DNA of 64,000 bases from Acidobacteriota bacterium (GCA_965248695.1 CBDFKD010000002.1:1-64000); one strand, 5' to 3'; positions 47,654 through 58,125 are shown, counted from the stretch's first letter. Made by a program: numbers and translations. Notes: generated by a model from the letters alone, not told the origin.

Positions 47654-47705
47654 GCCGACCCCAGCTGCCTGACGAGAACTAGCGCGCAGTCCACCCCGAT
47701 ACGGA
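47654..47705. repeat. 52-bp direct repeat, copy 1
   Basis: 48/52 identical to 53778-53829. Confidence 0.9.
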
Positions 47706-47838
47706 CAGCGAAGTAGTACTCGATGTAGCGATCGCCGTCGCTCACCCCGAGGCGGCGCAACGCGCGGCCAGCCTGTGCAGTCGACGGTTCCCCACCGCGC
47801 AGCTGCACGGTCCGCTTGAGCGCCTGCGTCAAGTACAT
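47704..47838 (-). pseudogene. Eroded 5' fragment of a long-chain acyl-CoA ligase
   Basis: MYLTQALKR..ALRRLGVSDGDR/YIEYYFAV parallels MFNLTQPLRQ..DDRVAVLALNSDRYFELYYAV of the intact ligase at 51356. Confidence 0.65.
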
Positions 47839-47944
47839 CGCGTCTTCAGGGTTCGCCGGAGCAGACTCCGAGATGGAGATTGTTGGTAGTCTAGCCAGTG
47901 GATCCAGCGTCATTCTGACCACGTTCGCGGGCCTCTTCTTACTC

Positions 47945-50122
47945 ATGCAAGCCATCAAATTCGATGTAGACGGCGACGGTATCGCCACCATCCTGATCGA
48001 TCTCGAGGACCGCTCGACGAACGTCATCACGCCGGCGTTCAGCAGCGAGCTCGCGGGGGCGGTCGAAAGAGTCGCATCGACCGACGACATCAAAGGCGCC
48101 GTCGTGACGTCGGGTAAGGACTCGTTCATGGCCGGCGCGGACCCGACCTGGCTGGTGACCCTGTTCGCCAGCGGCCAGAGCGCTGATGAGCTCTACGCCG
48201 GATGCCGTGCCCTGCAGCAGACACTGCGGCGCATGGAAACTTGCGGCAAGCCCTTCGCCGCGGCCATCAACGGCACTGCCCTCGGTGGCGGGTTCGAGAT
48301 CTGCCTTGCCTGTCACCATCGAGTTGCCTCCGACATTCCGTCCTACGTCGTCGGCCTGCCCGAGGTGCAGTTGGGGCTGCTTCCGGGCGCCGGGGGCACC
48401 CAGCGGTTGCCGCGTCTCATAGGGCTCGAGGCGGCCCTCCCGCTACTTCTCGAAGGCAAACATCTGAGGCCGAGCGCGGCGCTCGAGTCGGGGCTCGTGC
48501 ACGAGCTCGTGCCGCCCGATCAACTGATCGGTGCCGCCAAGCGGTGGCTGATGAGGTCGGGTAACACGCAACAACCATGGGACATCGAGGGCTTCAAGGT
48601 ACCTGGGGGGGCCGGTCTCATGCATCCGAAGTCAACACGCGTGTTGATGGTGGAAACGGGGCTCGTGGCTCAAAAGACCAGCCACAACTACCCGGCGCCG
48701 ATCTCGATCCTGTCGTCGGCATACGAAGGCACCGTGGTGCCCATCGATACCGGTTTGGACATCGAGACCAAGTACCTCGTCTCATTGCTGATGAGCCCGG
48801 TGGCCCGCAACATGACGCGCACCCTGTTCCTCAGCAAAGACGCCGCCGACAAGCTCGTGCGCCGGCCGAAGGGAATCGCCAAGCACCGCGTGACCAAGCT
48901 CGGTGTCCTCGGTGCCGGAATGATGGGCTCGGGGATCGCCTACGTCTCCGCCCGCGCGGGGATTGAGGTGGTGCTGCTGGACACCACGAGCGAGCGTGCG
49001 CGGAAAGGCAAGAACGTTTCTCGAGCGCTGCTCGAGGGGCGCGTCGCTCGCGGACGCCAGGACGAGGCGGCGGCGACAGAACTGCTCGGGCGGATTCACC
49101 CGACCGACGACTTCGACGATCTGGCCGGCTGTGACCTCGTGATCGAGGCCGTGTTCGAGAGCCGCGAGGTCAAGGTCGACGCGACCCGCAAGGCCGTGGC
49201 GGTGATCCCGGAGGCCGCCGTGTTTGCTTCCAACACGTCTACACTCCCGATCACCAGCTTGGCGGCAGCCTCGGACAGGCCAGAACTGTTCTTGGGCCTC
49301 CATTTCTTCTCTCCGGTCGACCGCATGCCTCTCGTGGAGGTGATCATGGGCGAGCAAACCGGCGAGGTGGCACTGGCACGCGGGCTCGACTACGTGCAGC
49401 AAATCGGCAAGACACCGATCGTGGTCAACGACAGCTGCGGCTTCTATACCAGCCGTGTGTTCGGCACCTACATCCGCGAGGGGATGACGCTTCTTTCCGA
49501 GGGCGTCGGTGCGGCGCTGATCGAGAACGTTGCGCGGCAGGCGGGAATGCCGGTCGGGCCGCTTGCCGCAACCGACGAGGTGTCCCTGGAGCTTGCCTAC
49601 CAGCTCAACAGGCAGACCCGCGCGGATCTGGGCGACGAATATCCGGCGACCCCCGCCGACGAAGTAGTACGTCAATTCGTGGAAGACCTGGACCGTCGCG
49701 GCAAGCGCTTCGGCAAGGGTTTCTACGACTACCCGGAGGGAGGTAAGAAGCGCCTGTGGTCCGGGCTCAGTAGGATCTTCCCGCCCGTGCACGTGCAACC
49801 GGCCGCGGACGAGATCCGCAGGCGCCTGCTCTACATCCAGGCGCTCGAGACGGTTCGTTGTCTGGACGAAGGGGTCGTCGGCCAACCGGCCGATGCCGAC
49901 GTCGGCTCGATCCTGGGCTGGGGTTTCCCCGCCCACACCGGAGGCACCGTATCGTTTATCGAGACGGTCGGGCTGAAGACGTTCGCCGACGGGTGCGAGC
50001 GCATGGCGGAAGCCTACGGAGATCGCTTCGCAGTTCCCGCCAGCCTGCGAGAGCGAGCCGACGAGCGCGCGCCTTTCTACCCTGAGCCTGTGGGCACGGC
50101 CGCCCGACTGGCAGGGAAGTAA
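47945..50122 (+). CDS. Fatty acid oxidation complex alpha subunit (enoyl-CoA hydratase/3-hydroxyacyl-CoA dehydrogenase, FadB/FadJ-like)
   Basis: ALGGGFE, GLPEV.LGLLPG.GG, GAGMMG, SNTSTLPI, HFFSP. Confidence 0.93.
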   Translation: MQAIKFDVDGDGIATILIDLEDRSTNVITPAFSSELAGAVERVASTDDIKGAVVTSGKDSFMAGADPTWLVTLFASGQSADELYAGCRALQQTLRRMETCGKPFAAAINGTALGGGFEICLACHHRVASDIPSYVVGLPEVQLGLLPGAGGTQRLPRLIGLEAALPLLLEGKHLRPSAALESGLVHELVPPDQLIGAAKRWLMRSGNTQQPWDIEGFKVPGGAGLMHPKSTRVLMVETGLVAQKTSHNYPAPISILSSAYEGTVVPIDTGLDIETKYLVSLLMSPVARNMTRTLFLSKDAADKLVRRPKGIAKHRVTKLGVLGAGMMGSGIAYVSARAGIEVVLLDTTSERARKGKNVSRALLEGRVARGRQDEAAATELLGRIHPTDDFDDLAGCDLVIEAVFESREVKVDATRKAVAVIPEAAVFASNTSTLPITSLAAASDRPELFLGLHFFSPVDRMPLVEVIMGEQTGEVALARGLDYVQQIGKTPIVVNDSCGFYTSRVFGTYIREGMTLLSEGVGAALIENVARQAGMPVGPLAATDEVSLELAYQLNRQTRADLGDEYPATPADEVVRQFVEDLDRRGKRFGKGFYDYPEGGKKRLWSGLSRIFPPVHVQPAADEIRRRLLYIQALETVRCLDEGVVGQPADADVGSILGWGFPAHTGGTVSFIETVGLKTFADGCERMAEAYGDRFAVPASLRERADERAPFYPEPVGTAARLAGK

Positions 50123-50124
50123 CG

Positions 50125-51333
50125 ATGTCCGACGCATTCATCTTCGACCACGTCCGTAGTCCCAGGGGGCGCGGCAAGTCGACCGGCGCGTTGCACGCAA
50201 TCACCCCGGTTGAATTGACGACACAGGTGCTCGAGGAGTTGCGTGATCGAAACGAGCTGGACACGTCTCGCCTCGACGACGTGGTGCTGGGCTGCGTGAT
50301 GCCGGTAGGCGAGCAGGGCTCCAACATCGCCCGGACGGCAGTGCTCAACGCCGGCTACGCTGAAACGGTCCCCGGCAAGCAGCTGAATCGCTTCTGCGCT
50401 TCGGGACTCGAGGCCGTGAACACGGCCGCGGCGCAGGTCATGTCCGGGCAGTCGGAGCTCGCGATCGGGGGAGGCGTCGAGTGCATGTCGCGCGTCCCCA
50501 TGGGCGCCGACTCGGGCGCCATGTTTGCGGACCCGCAAATCGCTTACAAGACCTACTTCGTACCACAGGGCATCAGCGCCGACCTCATCGCGAGCAGGCA
50601 CGGCTTTTCGCGCCAACAAGTCGACGGCTACGCGGTAGACAGCCAAGAGCGAGCCGCCCACGCCTGGGAGCATGGCTATTTTGATGCCTCGGTGGTGTCG
50701 GTCAAAGACCGTCTCGGGACGACCGTGCTCGAACGTGACGAGCATCCGCGCCCCGGAACCACCCTCGAGGACCTGGCTGTGCTGAGCCCCTCGTTCGCGG
50801 CGGTGGGCGAGCAAGCAGGATTCGATGCCGTCGCCCTGCAGCGATACCCGGAAGTGGAACAGATAGAGCACGTCCATACTCCCGGCAACTCGAGCGGCAT
50901 CGTCGACGGCGCGGCTGCGGTTCTCGTGGGCAACCGCGAGCTCGGCGAGGCGCTGGGACTCAAGCCGCGCGCCCGGATTCTGGGATTCTCGTCGATCGGC
51001 TCGGAGCCGACCATCATGCTGACCGGTCCCCGGCCGGCGGCCGAGAAGGCCATGACCCGCTGCGGCATGACCCCCGACGATATCGACCTATACGAGCTCA
51101 ACGAGGCGTTCGCCGCGGTCGTACTGCTCTTCATGCAGCAGCTGGAGATTTCGCACGAGAGGATCAACGTCAACGGCGGGGCAATCGCCATGGGCCACCC
51201 GCTCGGAGCTACGGGTGCGATGATCCTCGGGATCGCGCTCGATGAGCTCGAGCGACGAGACCTGAGCACCGCCCTCGCTACGCTCTGTGTCGGCGGTGGG
51301 ATGGGTACCGCGACAATCATCGAGCGAGTCTAG
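50125..51333 (+). CDS. Acetyl-CoA C-acyltransferase (thiolase)
   Basis: NRFCASG, NEAF, GHPLG, CVGGGMG. Confidence 0.95.
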   Translation: MSDAFIFDHVRSPRGRGKSTGALHAITPVELTTQVLEELRDRNELDTSRLDDVVLGCVMPVGEQGSNIARTAVLNAGYAETVPGKQLNRFCASGLEAVNTAAAQVMSGQSELAIGGGVECMSRVPMGADSGAMFADPQIAYKTYFVPQGISADLIASRHGFSRQQVDGYAVDSQERAAHAWEHGYFDASVVSVKDRLGTTVLERDEHPRPGTTLEDLAVLSPSFAAVGEQAGFDAVALQRYPEVEQIEHVHTPGNSSGIVDGAAAVLVGNRELGEALGLKPRARILGFSSIGSEPTIMLTGPRPAAEKAMTRCGMTPDDIDLYELNEAFAAVVLLFMQQLEISHERINVNGGAIAMGHPLGATGAMILGIALDELERRDLSTALATLCVGGGMGTATIIERV

Positions 51334-51355
51334 GGGGCTCCGGACCGAGGGCGCG

Positions 51356-52903
51356 ATGTTCAACCTGACGCAACCGCTCCGACAGGCCGTGCAGGCCGCG
51401 GCCGACGTGCTGGCAACTCGATTCCTCGACCGTGACCGGACCTGGAGCGAGGTCACCGAGAGGATCGCGCGGCTCGCGGCGGCGTTGATCGCCCGGGGCC
51501 TGAAGCCCGACGACCGCGTGGCAGTCCTCGCACTGAACAGCGATCGGTACTTCGAGCTGTACTACGCCGTTTGGTGGGCGGGAGGCGCCATCGTCCCGCT
51601 CAACACGCGCTGGAACGACAGGGAGACCGTTTACGCGCTCGATGACTCCGAGTCCTCGATGTTGTTCATCGACGACGCCTTCCTCGAGGTCGTGCCGGCA
51701 CTCCTGGAGGGCTGCGGGCACATCCGAACCGTCGTCCACATGGGCGAGGGCGAGGCGCGGGAAGATCTGTTGAGCTACGAGTCGATGGTCGCGTCCCACG
51801 AGCCCGCCGAGGACACAATGCGGGCCGGTGACGATCTCGCGGGGCTGTTCTACACGGGCGGCACCACGGGCTTCCCGAAAGGCGTCATGCTGTCGCACGA
51901 CGGCCTGTACATCAGCGGGCTGGGTGGCATGGCGACGGCGATCAGCGACATGCCCGACTACGTGTTTCTCCATCACGCGCCGATGTTCCATCTGGCTGAC
52001 GCGATGATGATCGTCACCGGGTCCATGCTGCGTTGTACACACGCCATGATCCCGCAGTTCGAGCCGAAGGCCTCGTTGGAGGCCGTGCAGCGCTTCCGGG
52101 CAACGAACGCGATCTTCGTTCCGACCATGCTCGCGATGTTCGTGCGGCATCCGGACTTCGACCAGTACGACTTGTCGAGCTTGAAGCTCATCGGCTACGG
52201 CGCTTCGCCCATGCCGACGGCCTTGCTTCGCGAGACCATGGAACGGCTTCCGCACACCGAGCTGTTCCAGGGCTACGGTCAGACCGAGCTGTCGCCGCTC
52301 GCGACGATGCTCGCCCCCGAAGACCATGTTCTCGAAGGGCCCGGCTCCGAGCGTCTGAAGTCGGCGGGTCGCGTCATGCCCCACTGCGAAACGGAGGTCG
52401 TCGACGAGAGCCTGCAACCGGTGCCCAGCGGCACCATCGGACAGATCCGCGTTCGCGGCCCCAACGTGATGCTGGGGTATTGGAAGCAGCCCGCGCTGAC
52501 TGCGGAGACCATCGTCGATGGCTGGTTGCTGACGGGAGACGCCGGCTACATCGACGAGGCCGGGTTTCTCTACGTTGTCGACCGGGTCAAGGACATGATT
52601 GTCTCCGGCGGAGAGAACGTGTACTCGGTCGAAGTCGAGAACGCCATCATGGAGCATGAGGGCATTGGGCAGTGCGCCGTGATCGGGATCCCGCACGAGT
52701 TCTGGGTGGAGCAAGTGCACGCGCTCGTCGTGCCGAAGCCCGGCAGCGAGATAACCGAGCAGGAGATCATAGACCATTGCCACGAGCACATCGCGGGCTA
52801 CAAGTGCCCGCGTTCCGTCGAGATCCGGCGAGAACCGTTACCGCTCTCGGGCGCCGGCAAGGTTCTCAAGCGCGAGCTGCGGCCCGACAAGACAACAGGT
52901 TGA
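51356..52903 (+). CDS. Long-chain fatty acid-CoA ligase
   Basis: YTGGTTGFPKG, YGQTE, TGD, GGENVYS, GKVLK. Confidence 0.93.
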   Translation: MFNLTQPLRQAVQAAADVLATRFLDRDRTWSEVTERIARLAAALIARGLKPDDRVAVLALNSDRYFELYYAVWWAGGAIVPLNTRWNDRETVYALDDSESSMLFIDDAFLEVVPALLEGCGHIRTVVHMGEGEAREDLLSYESMVASHEPAEDTMRAGDDLAGLFYTGGTTGFPKGVMLSHDGLYISGLGGMATAISDMPDYVFLHHAPMFHLADAMMIVTGSMLRCTHAMIPQFEPKASLEAVQRFRATNAIFVPTMLAMFVRHPDFDQYDLSSLKLIGYGASPMPTALLRETMERLPHTELFQGYGQTELSPLATMLAPEDHVLEGPGSERLKSAGRVMPHCETEVVDESLQPVPSGTIGQIRVRGPNVMLGYWKQPALTAETIVDGWLLTGDAGYIDEAGFLYVVDRVKDMIVSGGENVYSVEVENAIMEHEGIGQCAVIGIPHEFWVEQVHALVVPKPGSEITEQEIIDHCHEHIAGYKCPRSVEIRREPLPLSGAGKVLKRELRPDKTTG

Positions 52904-53035
52904 CTCGTAACCACCGTACCGCGGGTGCTTGGCATGACCGTTGATGCGCAGATCCACGACACGCCGGCAGAGTTGCCCGAGTCCCTCGTTCGTGACGGCG
53001 CCTAGCGGCACGTCTTTTCGTACCGTCCGATGGAC

Positions 53036-53227
53036 CGCACACGAGGAGCGTTCGTTCGGGTGGACGGGGACGTGTAGCCGGCGCCGCGATTCAGCCGTAC
53101 GCCTCCCGACCCACCGCGGTCAGGCGTGGTTCCCGGATTCGATACGCGTGAGGTGCTCGCGGAGGCGGGCCTCAGTCGCGATGAGATCGATTCCTTGATC
53201 GAGAACCGGCCCGTCACGCAGCCCTGA
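53036..53227 (+). pseudogene. C-terminal remnant of a CaiB/BaiF (AMACR-like) CoA transferase
   Basis: RGAFVRVDGDV*PAPRFSRTP..PGFDTREVLAEAGLSRDEI with in-frame TAG at 53075; no 5' part. Confidence 0.7.
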
Positions 53228-53291
53228 CCCCATGCTCGTTCGCGCCCCGAGGGAGATGGTACATTGCACGCCTGTTCGGAGGAGGAAGCCG

Positions 53292-53759
53292 ATGGTTGTG
53301 TATCGATCGGCCCGCGTCGTCGGGTTGCTGCTGGTCGTCCTTGGAGTCTCTTCGAGCTCGGTGACTGCGCAGGACCAGGTAGTGACGCGAGGCGAGTCTC
53401 TGCAGGGGGCGCCCGTGGTCCAGCTTGGCACCGCGTTGCAGTCGGTCGACGAATACATGCATCGGATCGTGGCGCTCGAGGGCAAGGTCGCCAAGGTGTG
53501 CCAGGCCAAGGGCTGCTGGATGGAGCTGGTTGCGGGCGACGATCGAGGTATCCGCGTCACGTTCAAGGACTACGCGTTCTTCGTGCCGACCGACTCGACC
53601 GCGTACCGGGCTCGTCTCGAGGGGACATTCGAAGCCAACCGCTACTCCAAGCAGGACGCGGATCACCTGATCGCTGAAGGGGTGCCGCTCACCCGGAACC
53701 CCGACGGCACAGCCACCGAAATCAGCTTCGTGGCTCAGGGTGTCGAGCTGCGCCGATAG
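53292..53759 (+). CDS. DUF4920-like secreted protein
   Basis: VCQAKGCWM, RVTFKDYAFFVP; signal peptide; GGAGG RBS. Confidence 0.85.
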   Translation: MVVYRSARVVGLLLVVLGVSSSSVTAQDQVVTRGESLQGAPVVQLGTALQSVDEYMHRIVALEGKVAKVCQAKGCWMELVAGDDRGIRVTFKDYAFFVPTDSTAYRARLEGTFEANRYSKQDADHLIAEGVPLTRNPDGTATEISFVAQGVELRR

Positions 53760-53777
53760 TCGGGGGCTGACCCTTCA

Positions 53778-53829
53778 GCCGACCCCAACTGCCTGACCAG
53801 AACTAGCGCGCAGACCACCCCGAAACGGA
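53778..53829. repeat. 52-bp direct repeat, copy 2
   Basis: 48/52 identical to 47654-47705. Confidence 0.9.
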
Positions 53830-53842
53830 GATCAGCTACCCC

Positions 53843-55546
53843 ATGTACCGAACTGAGTCTGTATCGCTGAAAACCCGTGGCCGGTGGCTGCTGCTGCCGT
53901 CAATTGTGTGGGCGGTCTGCTCCGCTCAAGCTTCCGGCGCCGCCCAATCATCCGGCAGGCCACAGTCGCCCACCGTGGTCAACGACAGCGCCATGGTCGA
54001 CGAGTCGCGGGGCGACAACTGGCTGGCGTTCGGGAGAACCTACAGCGAGCAGCGCTTCAGCCCTCTGAACCAGGTCAATACGTCCAACGTCGGTGACCTG
54101 TCGGTCGATTGGTATCTCGACCTGCCGAACGATCGGGGCCTGACTTCCACACCGCTCGTTGTCGACGGCATCCTGTACTTCATCGGCAGCATGAACGTAG
54201 TGCGCGCCGTCGACGGAGCCAGCGGCGAGATGCTGTGGGAGTACGACCCGGACATCGTCGGGCATGCGGCCCATCGCATCCGGGCCGGCTGGGACCACAG
54301 CCGGGGCATCGGGTTCTGGGAAGGCAAGGTCTACGTCGCCACCTGGGACGGACGTCTCAACGCTGTCGACGCGGCCACCGGAGAGGAGCTGTGGAGCGTC
54401 ATGACGGTCGACCCGGCCGTCCACTACTACATCACCGGCGCCCCCAAGATCTTCAAGGGCAAGGTGCTGATCGGCAACGGCGGCACCGAGAACGGCGCCG
54501 CCCGCGGCTACGTCACCGCTTACGATGCCGAGACCGGCGAGCAGGCCTGGCGCTTCTGGATCGTACCCGGCAACCCCGCCGACGGGTTCGAGAACGACGC
54601 CATGGCGATGGCCGCCGAGACCTGGACCGGCGAGTGGTGGAAGTTCGGCGGCGGCGGTAACGCCTGGCACGGTTTCACCTATGACGCCGAGCTAGACGTG
54701 CTGTACATCGGCACCGGCAACGGCGCGCCGTGGAACCGGAAGATCCGCAGCCCCGGGGGCGGTGACAACCTGTTCCTGTGTTCCATTGTCGCCCTCGACC
54801 CGGATACCGGTGAGTACCTGTGGCACTACCAGACGACGCCCGGCGAGACGTGGGACTACAACTCCAACATGGACATCGTCCTGGCCGATCTAGAGATCGA
54901 CGGCCGCGACGTGAAAGCAATCCTGCACGCCCCAAAGAACGGTTTCTTCTACGTGATCGACCGCGAGACCGGGAAGCTGATCTCGGCCGAACCGTTCGCC
55001 GAGGTCACCTGGGCGACGGAGATCGATCTGGAGACCGGCCGACCCGTCGAGGTGGCAGGCGCGCGGTACGATGATCGACCGGCCCGGATCGCGCCGGGGC
55101 CGATCGGCGCCCACAACTGGCCTGCCATGTCCTACAACCCGTCCACCGGGTTGGCCTACATGCCGACAATCCACACGGCGACGATGTTCAGCGACGAGGG
55201 TATCGACCTCGAAGCCTGGGACTCACCGATCGGAAGGCTCGGAGTGGGGGTCAGGTATAACCTGACAGAGTCCAGTAGGCTGGACGGCGTGCTCGGATCC
55301 CTGCAAGCGTGGGATCCGGTGCGCCAGGAACTGGCCTGGGAGATTCCGCTAGGCGGCCTCTGGAATGCCGGAACGATGACCACCGCCGGCAACCTGGTGT
55401 TCCAGGGACGAGTCGACGGGACGCTCGCGGCGCATGACGCCGCGAGCGGCTCCACGTTGTGGACCTTCGACGTGGGTTCAGGGATCTCCGCCCCGCCGAT
55501 CACCTATGCGATCAACGGGCGCCAGTACGTCGCTCTGCTGGTCTGA
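53843..55546 (+). pseudogene. PQQ-dependent alcohol dehydrogenase-like protein, C-terminally truncated by the IS
   Basis: GRTYSEQRFSPL, ITGAP, RGYVTAYD, WHYQTTP..WDY, GRQYVALLV; the stop is the first TGA of the IS end. Confidence 0.85.
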
Positions 55547-55609
55547 CCTGACCCCCGAAAACGGATCCGGATGTAATCTCACGATCTGGGTCAAGAACGG
55601 GAGGTCAGA

Positions 55610-55888
55610 ATGCCGAGTAAGAGGCACAGCGCCGAGCAGATCGTACGCAAGCTCCGGGAGGCTGAGGTGGAGCTGGCTCGAGGGGCGACGGTCAAGGATG
55701 CCTGCCGCAAGCTAGCAATCACCGAGCACACCTACTACCGGTGGCGGCGAGAGTACGGCGGACTGAAGCTCAACCAGGCCAGAAAGCTCAAGCAACTGGA
55801 GAAGGAGAATGCCCGGCTCAAGAGGCTGGTGGCGGAAAAGGAACTCGACCTGTCGATCCTGAAGGAAGTGGCGGAGGGAAACTTCTGA
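55610..55888 (+). CDS. IS3 transposase OrfA
   Basis: HSAEQIVRKL..TYYRWRREYGG..LEKENARLK; GGGAAAC slippery site at 55876-55882. Confidence 0.93.
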   Translation: MPSKRHSAEQIVRKLREAEVELARGATVKDACRKLAITEHTYYRWRREYGGLKLNQARKLKQLEKENARLKRLVAEKELDLSILKEVAEGNF

Positions 55889-56769
55889 GCCCAGCTCGGC
55901 GGCGAGAGGCGGTGGCACATGTACGGGGGCGGCTGGGCGTCTCGGAGAGGCGGGCGTGTCGGGTACTGAAACAACCACGCACGACACACCGGTACGTGCC
56001 AAGAGAGCCGCAACAGGAGCAGATTTTGACGGAGCGGATCGTGGATTTAGCCCGACAGTACGGGCGCTACGGATATCGGAGGGTGACAGCGTTGCTGCGC
56101 ATGGAGGGCTGGTCCGTGAACCACAAACGAGTGCAGCGTATCTGGCGGCGCGAAGGGCTGAAAGTACCGAGAAAACAGCCCAAACGAGCACGGCTGTGGC
56201 TGAGCGATGGCTCCTGCATCCGGCTGCGCCCACAGCACCGGGATCATGTCTGGGCGTATGACTTCCTGCACCACCGGACGCACGACGGTCGGGCTATGAG
56301 GCTGCTGACGATCGTCGATGAGTACACACGAGAAAGCCTGGCGATCCATGTAGCACGGAAGCTCAACTCTGAGGACGTGCTGGAGCAGCTCGGGAGGTTG
56401 TTCGTACACCGGGGCATACCTGAGCACATCCGGTCGGATAACGGACCAGAGTTCACCGCCGAGGCGGTTCGCGACTGGCTGGGCCGGTTGGGCGTGGGGA
56501 CGCTGTTCATCGAGCCGGGCTCGCCGTGGGAGAACGGTTACGTGGAGAGCTTCAACGGCAAGCTACGCGACGAGCTGCTGGATGGAGAGATCTTCTACAC
56601 GCTCAAGGAGGCAAAGGTTCTGATCGAGAGATGGCGTCAGCACTACAACCGCATGCGACCGCACAGCTCGCTGAGCTATCGGCCGCCCGCACCCGAAGCG
56701 ACGTTGTTGAAGCCGGCTGCGCTCCGCTTCGCCGGCCTCAACAACCTCTTGTCAGCACCGAGTTACTGA
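55885..56769 (+). CDS. IS3 transposase OrfB (DDE integrase core), translated as an OrfAB -1 fusion
   Basis: YGYRR, WAYDF, SDNGPEF, PGSPWENGYVESFN, RPHSSL. Confidence 0.93.
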   Translation: MSPARRREAVAHVRGRLGVSERRACRVLKQPRTTHRYVPREPQQEQILTERIVDLARQYGRYGYRRVTALLRMEGWSVNHKRVQRIWRREGLKVPRKQPKRARLWLSDGSCIRLRPQHRDHVWAYDFLHHRTHDGRAMRLLTIVDEYTRESLAIHVARKLNSEDVLEQLGRLFVHRGIPEHIRSDNGPEFTAEAVRDWLGRLGVGTLFIEPGSPWENGYVESFNGKLRDELLDGEIFYTLKEAKVLIERWRQHYNRMRPHSSLSYRPPAPEATLLKPAALRFAGLNNLLSAPSY

Positions 56770-56803
56770 GATAAGACATGGTACTAACCGCGGGGTCAGG
56801 TCA

Positions 56804-57119
56804 ATAGTGCATCGGCCGCAGTTGCTTTGGCCGTCGGATGCATCTCCCGCAGAAACTCAAGCTTGGCCACCGAAAAGTCGACCCCGAGCAGTCGACATGC
56901 CGGCCGTTCGCGCGAGAGATACCAGAGATTGCTGCCTTCTCCGCAGCCGACCTCCAGGACGCGTCCCTGTGGCGGAATACGCTCTGCGACGAGGCGCGCG
57001 AGCGCTGATTCCTTGCGTCGGAGGAAAGGGTTGTCGATTCGATTCCAGTAGCGGGCGACGTCGACATTTCGATGGAACTCGATCTGTTCGGTGCGCGCGT
57101 TTCGAACGGACGGATTCAT
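56804..57119 (-). pseudogene. Class I SAM methyltransferase truncated by the IS right end
   Basis: VLEVGCGEG, GVDFS, ADALL then IS sequence. Confidence 0.8.
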
Positions 57120-57892
57120 GCTATGTCAACCGTCCGTGTCCCGCCTTGCGCGGAAGCAGCTCCATTCTCGGTCTTGGACGCCCGAATTGTAGTCGCGAAC
57201 ACCAGATTGAAGTTTGGCGAAGGCACACCGGTTGGATACCAACACTCCTCTCGGTCTGCGAAGTAGTGGCGGATGAGGGCAAGCAAGCGCCCGCACGTGT
57301 TGACGTGCTCGCGCGCCACAATGTAGTCGTAGTCGAACCCCATTCGGCGAAACGTTCGCCTGGTGGAAAAGTACCTACCTAGGGTCCACGCGAGGCCACC
57401 CTCGGTTGGGATGGCGATCGACAGAATCCCGCCCGGCTTCAGTACGCGAGCCCATTCCTTGAGAACCAGGTGAGGGTCGGTCAGGTGCTCCAATGTGTAG
57501 ATGGATATGACGCGGTCGAATGTGTGGTTCGCGTATGGAAGCCGCCGACCGTCGAGCACCATCGCCTCAACCCGAGGATTCGCACCATGAGAGCGCAGCA
57601 CTTGACCGAGCATCCGAAGGTCCAAATCGCCCACGATGTAGCGGTCGAACCGGTGACGGACATGAGGCAGGTGTGGATGTCCCCCGCCGCCCACCTCGAG
57701 CACATTCCTGTATCCGTCGCTTGCGGTATGTGGCCTCTCCAGCATGCGGTGACCCGCAGCACCGATCCTTCGAATAAGAGCGCTGCCATCGTAGAACACG
57801 TCGGCATACGAACGACCCCGGTATTCTTTCCAGCGCTCCCACATTTCGTCCTCGGGTGCCTCAGGTCCCGAGGCCGGGATGTCTAGTCCCAT
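57116..57892 (-). CDS. Class I SAM-dependent methyltransferase
   Basis: VLEVGGGG, LPYANHTFDRV, LEHL, RVLKPGG; start uncertain. Confidence 0.85.
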   Translation of the reverse strand: MGLDIPASGPEAPEDEMWERWKEYRGRSYADVFYDGSALIRRIGAAGHRMLERPHTASDGYRNVLEVGGGGHPHLPHVRHRFDRYIVGDLDLRMLGQVLRSHGANPRVEAMVLDGRRLPYANHTFDRVISIYTLEHLTDPHLVLKEWARVLKPGGILSIAIPTEGGLAWTLGRYFSTRRTFRRMGFDYDYIVAREHVNTCGRLLALIRHYFADREECWYPTGVPSPNFNLVFATTIRASKTENGAASAQGGTRTVDIA

Positions 57893-58035
57893 CGACTTAC
57901 TCCCGCGCTCCGGCCGCGCAGGCGCTTCGGGATCGGAACCACCTGGAAATGAGGGTGACTCAACCAACACTGGGCCCCAGGGTGCTGACGATGACGCATC
58001 TTTCGAGACAAAAAGGTGCGTGCCGCCGAGTCGGC

Positions 58036-58125
58036 GTCCAATACGCAGCCAGTGTAGACGAACTCGTGGGAGTGGCCGACGCTACGGTCATCATGACGGC
58101 GTGGCCCGAGTTCGGACAGATGCGG
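58036..58125 (+). pseudogene. Fragment of a UDP-glucose/GDP-mannose dehydrogenase C-terminal domain
   Basis: YAASVDELVGVADATVIMTAWPEF. Confidence 0.55.

Larger units (their letters stand above)
55544..56803 (+). mobile_element. IS3-family insertion sequence (1260 bp, IS407-group-like)
   Basis: Terminal IRs TGACCTGACCCC..GGGGTCAGGTCA with TG..CA ends; orfA/orfB; no target-site duplication. Confidence 0.95.

Noticed and set aside
48782-52789. Long antisense ORFs (48782..50137, 51317..52789 and similar elsewhere)
   Set aside because: Shadow frames of high-GC genes with no recognisable motifs
53075-53077. Amber recoding (pyrrolysine or alternative genetic code)
   Set aside because: The TAG lies in a gene fragment with no start, and TAG terminates intact genes elsewhere in the window
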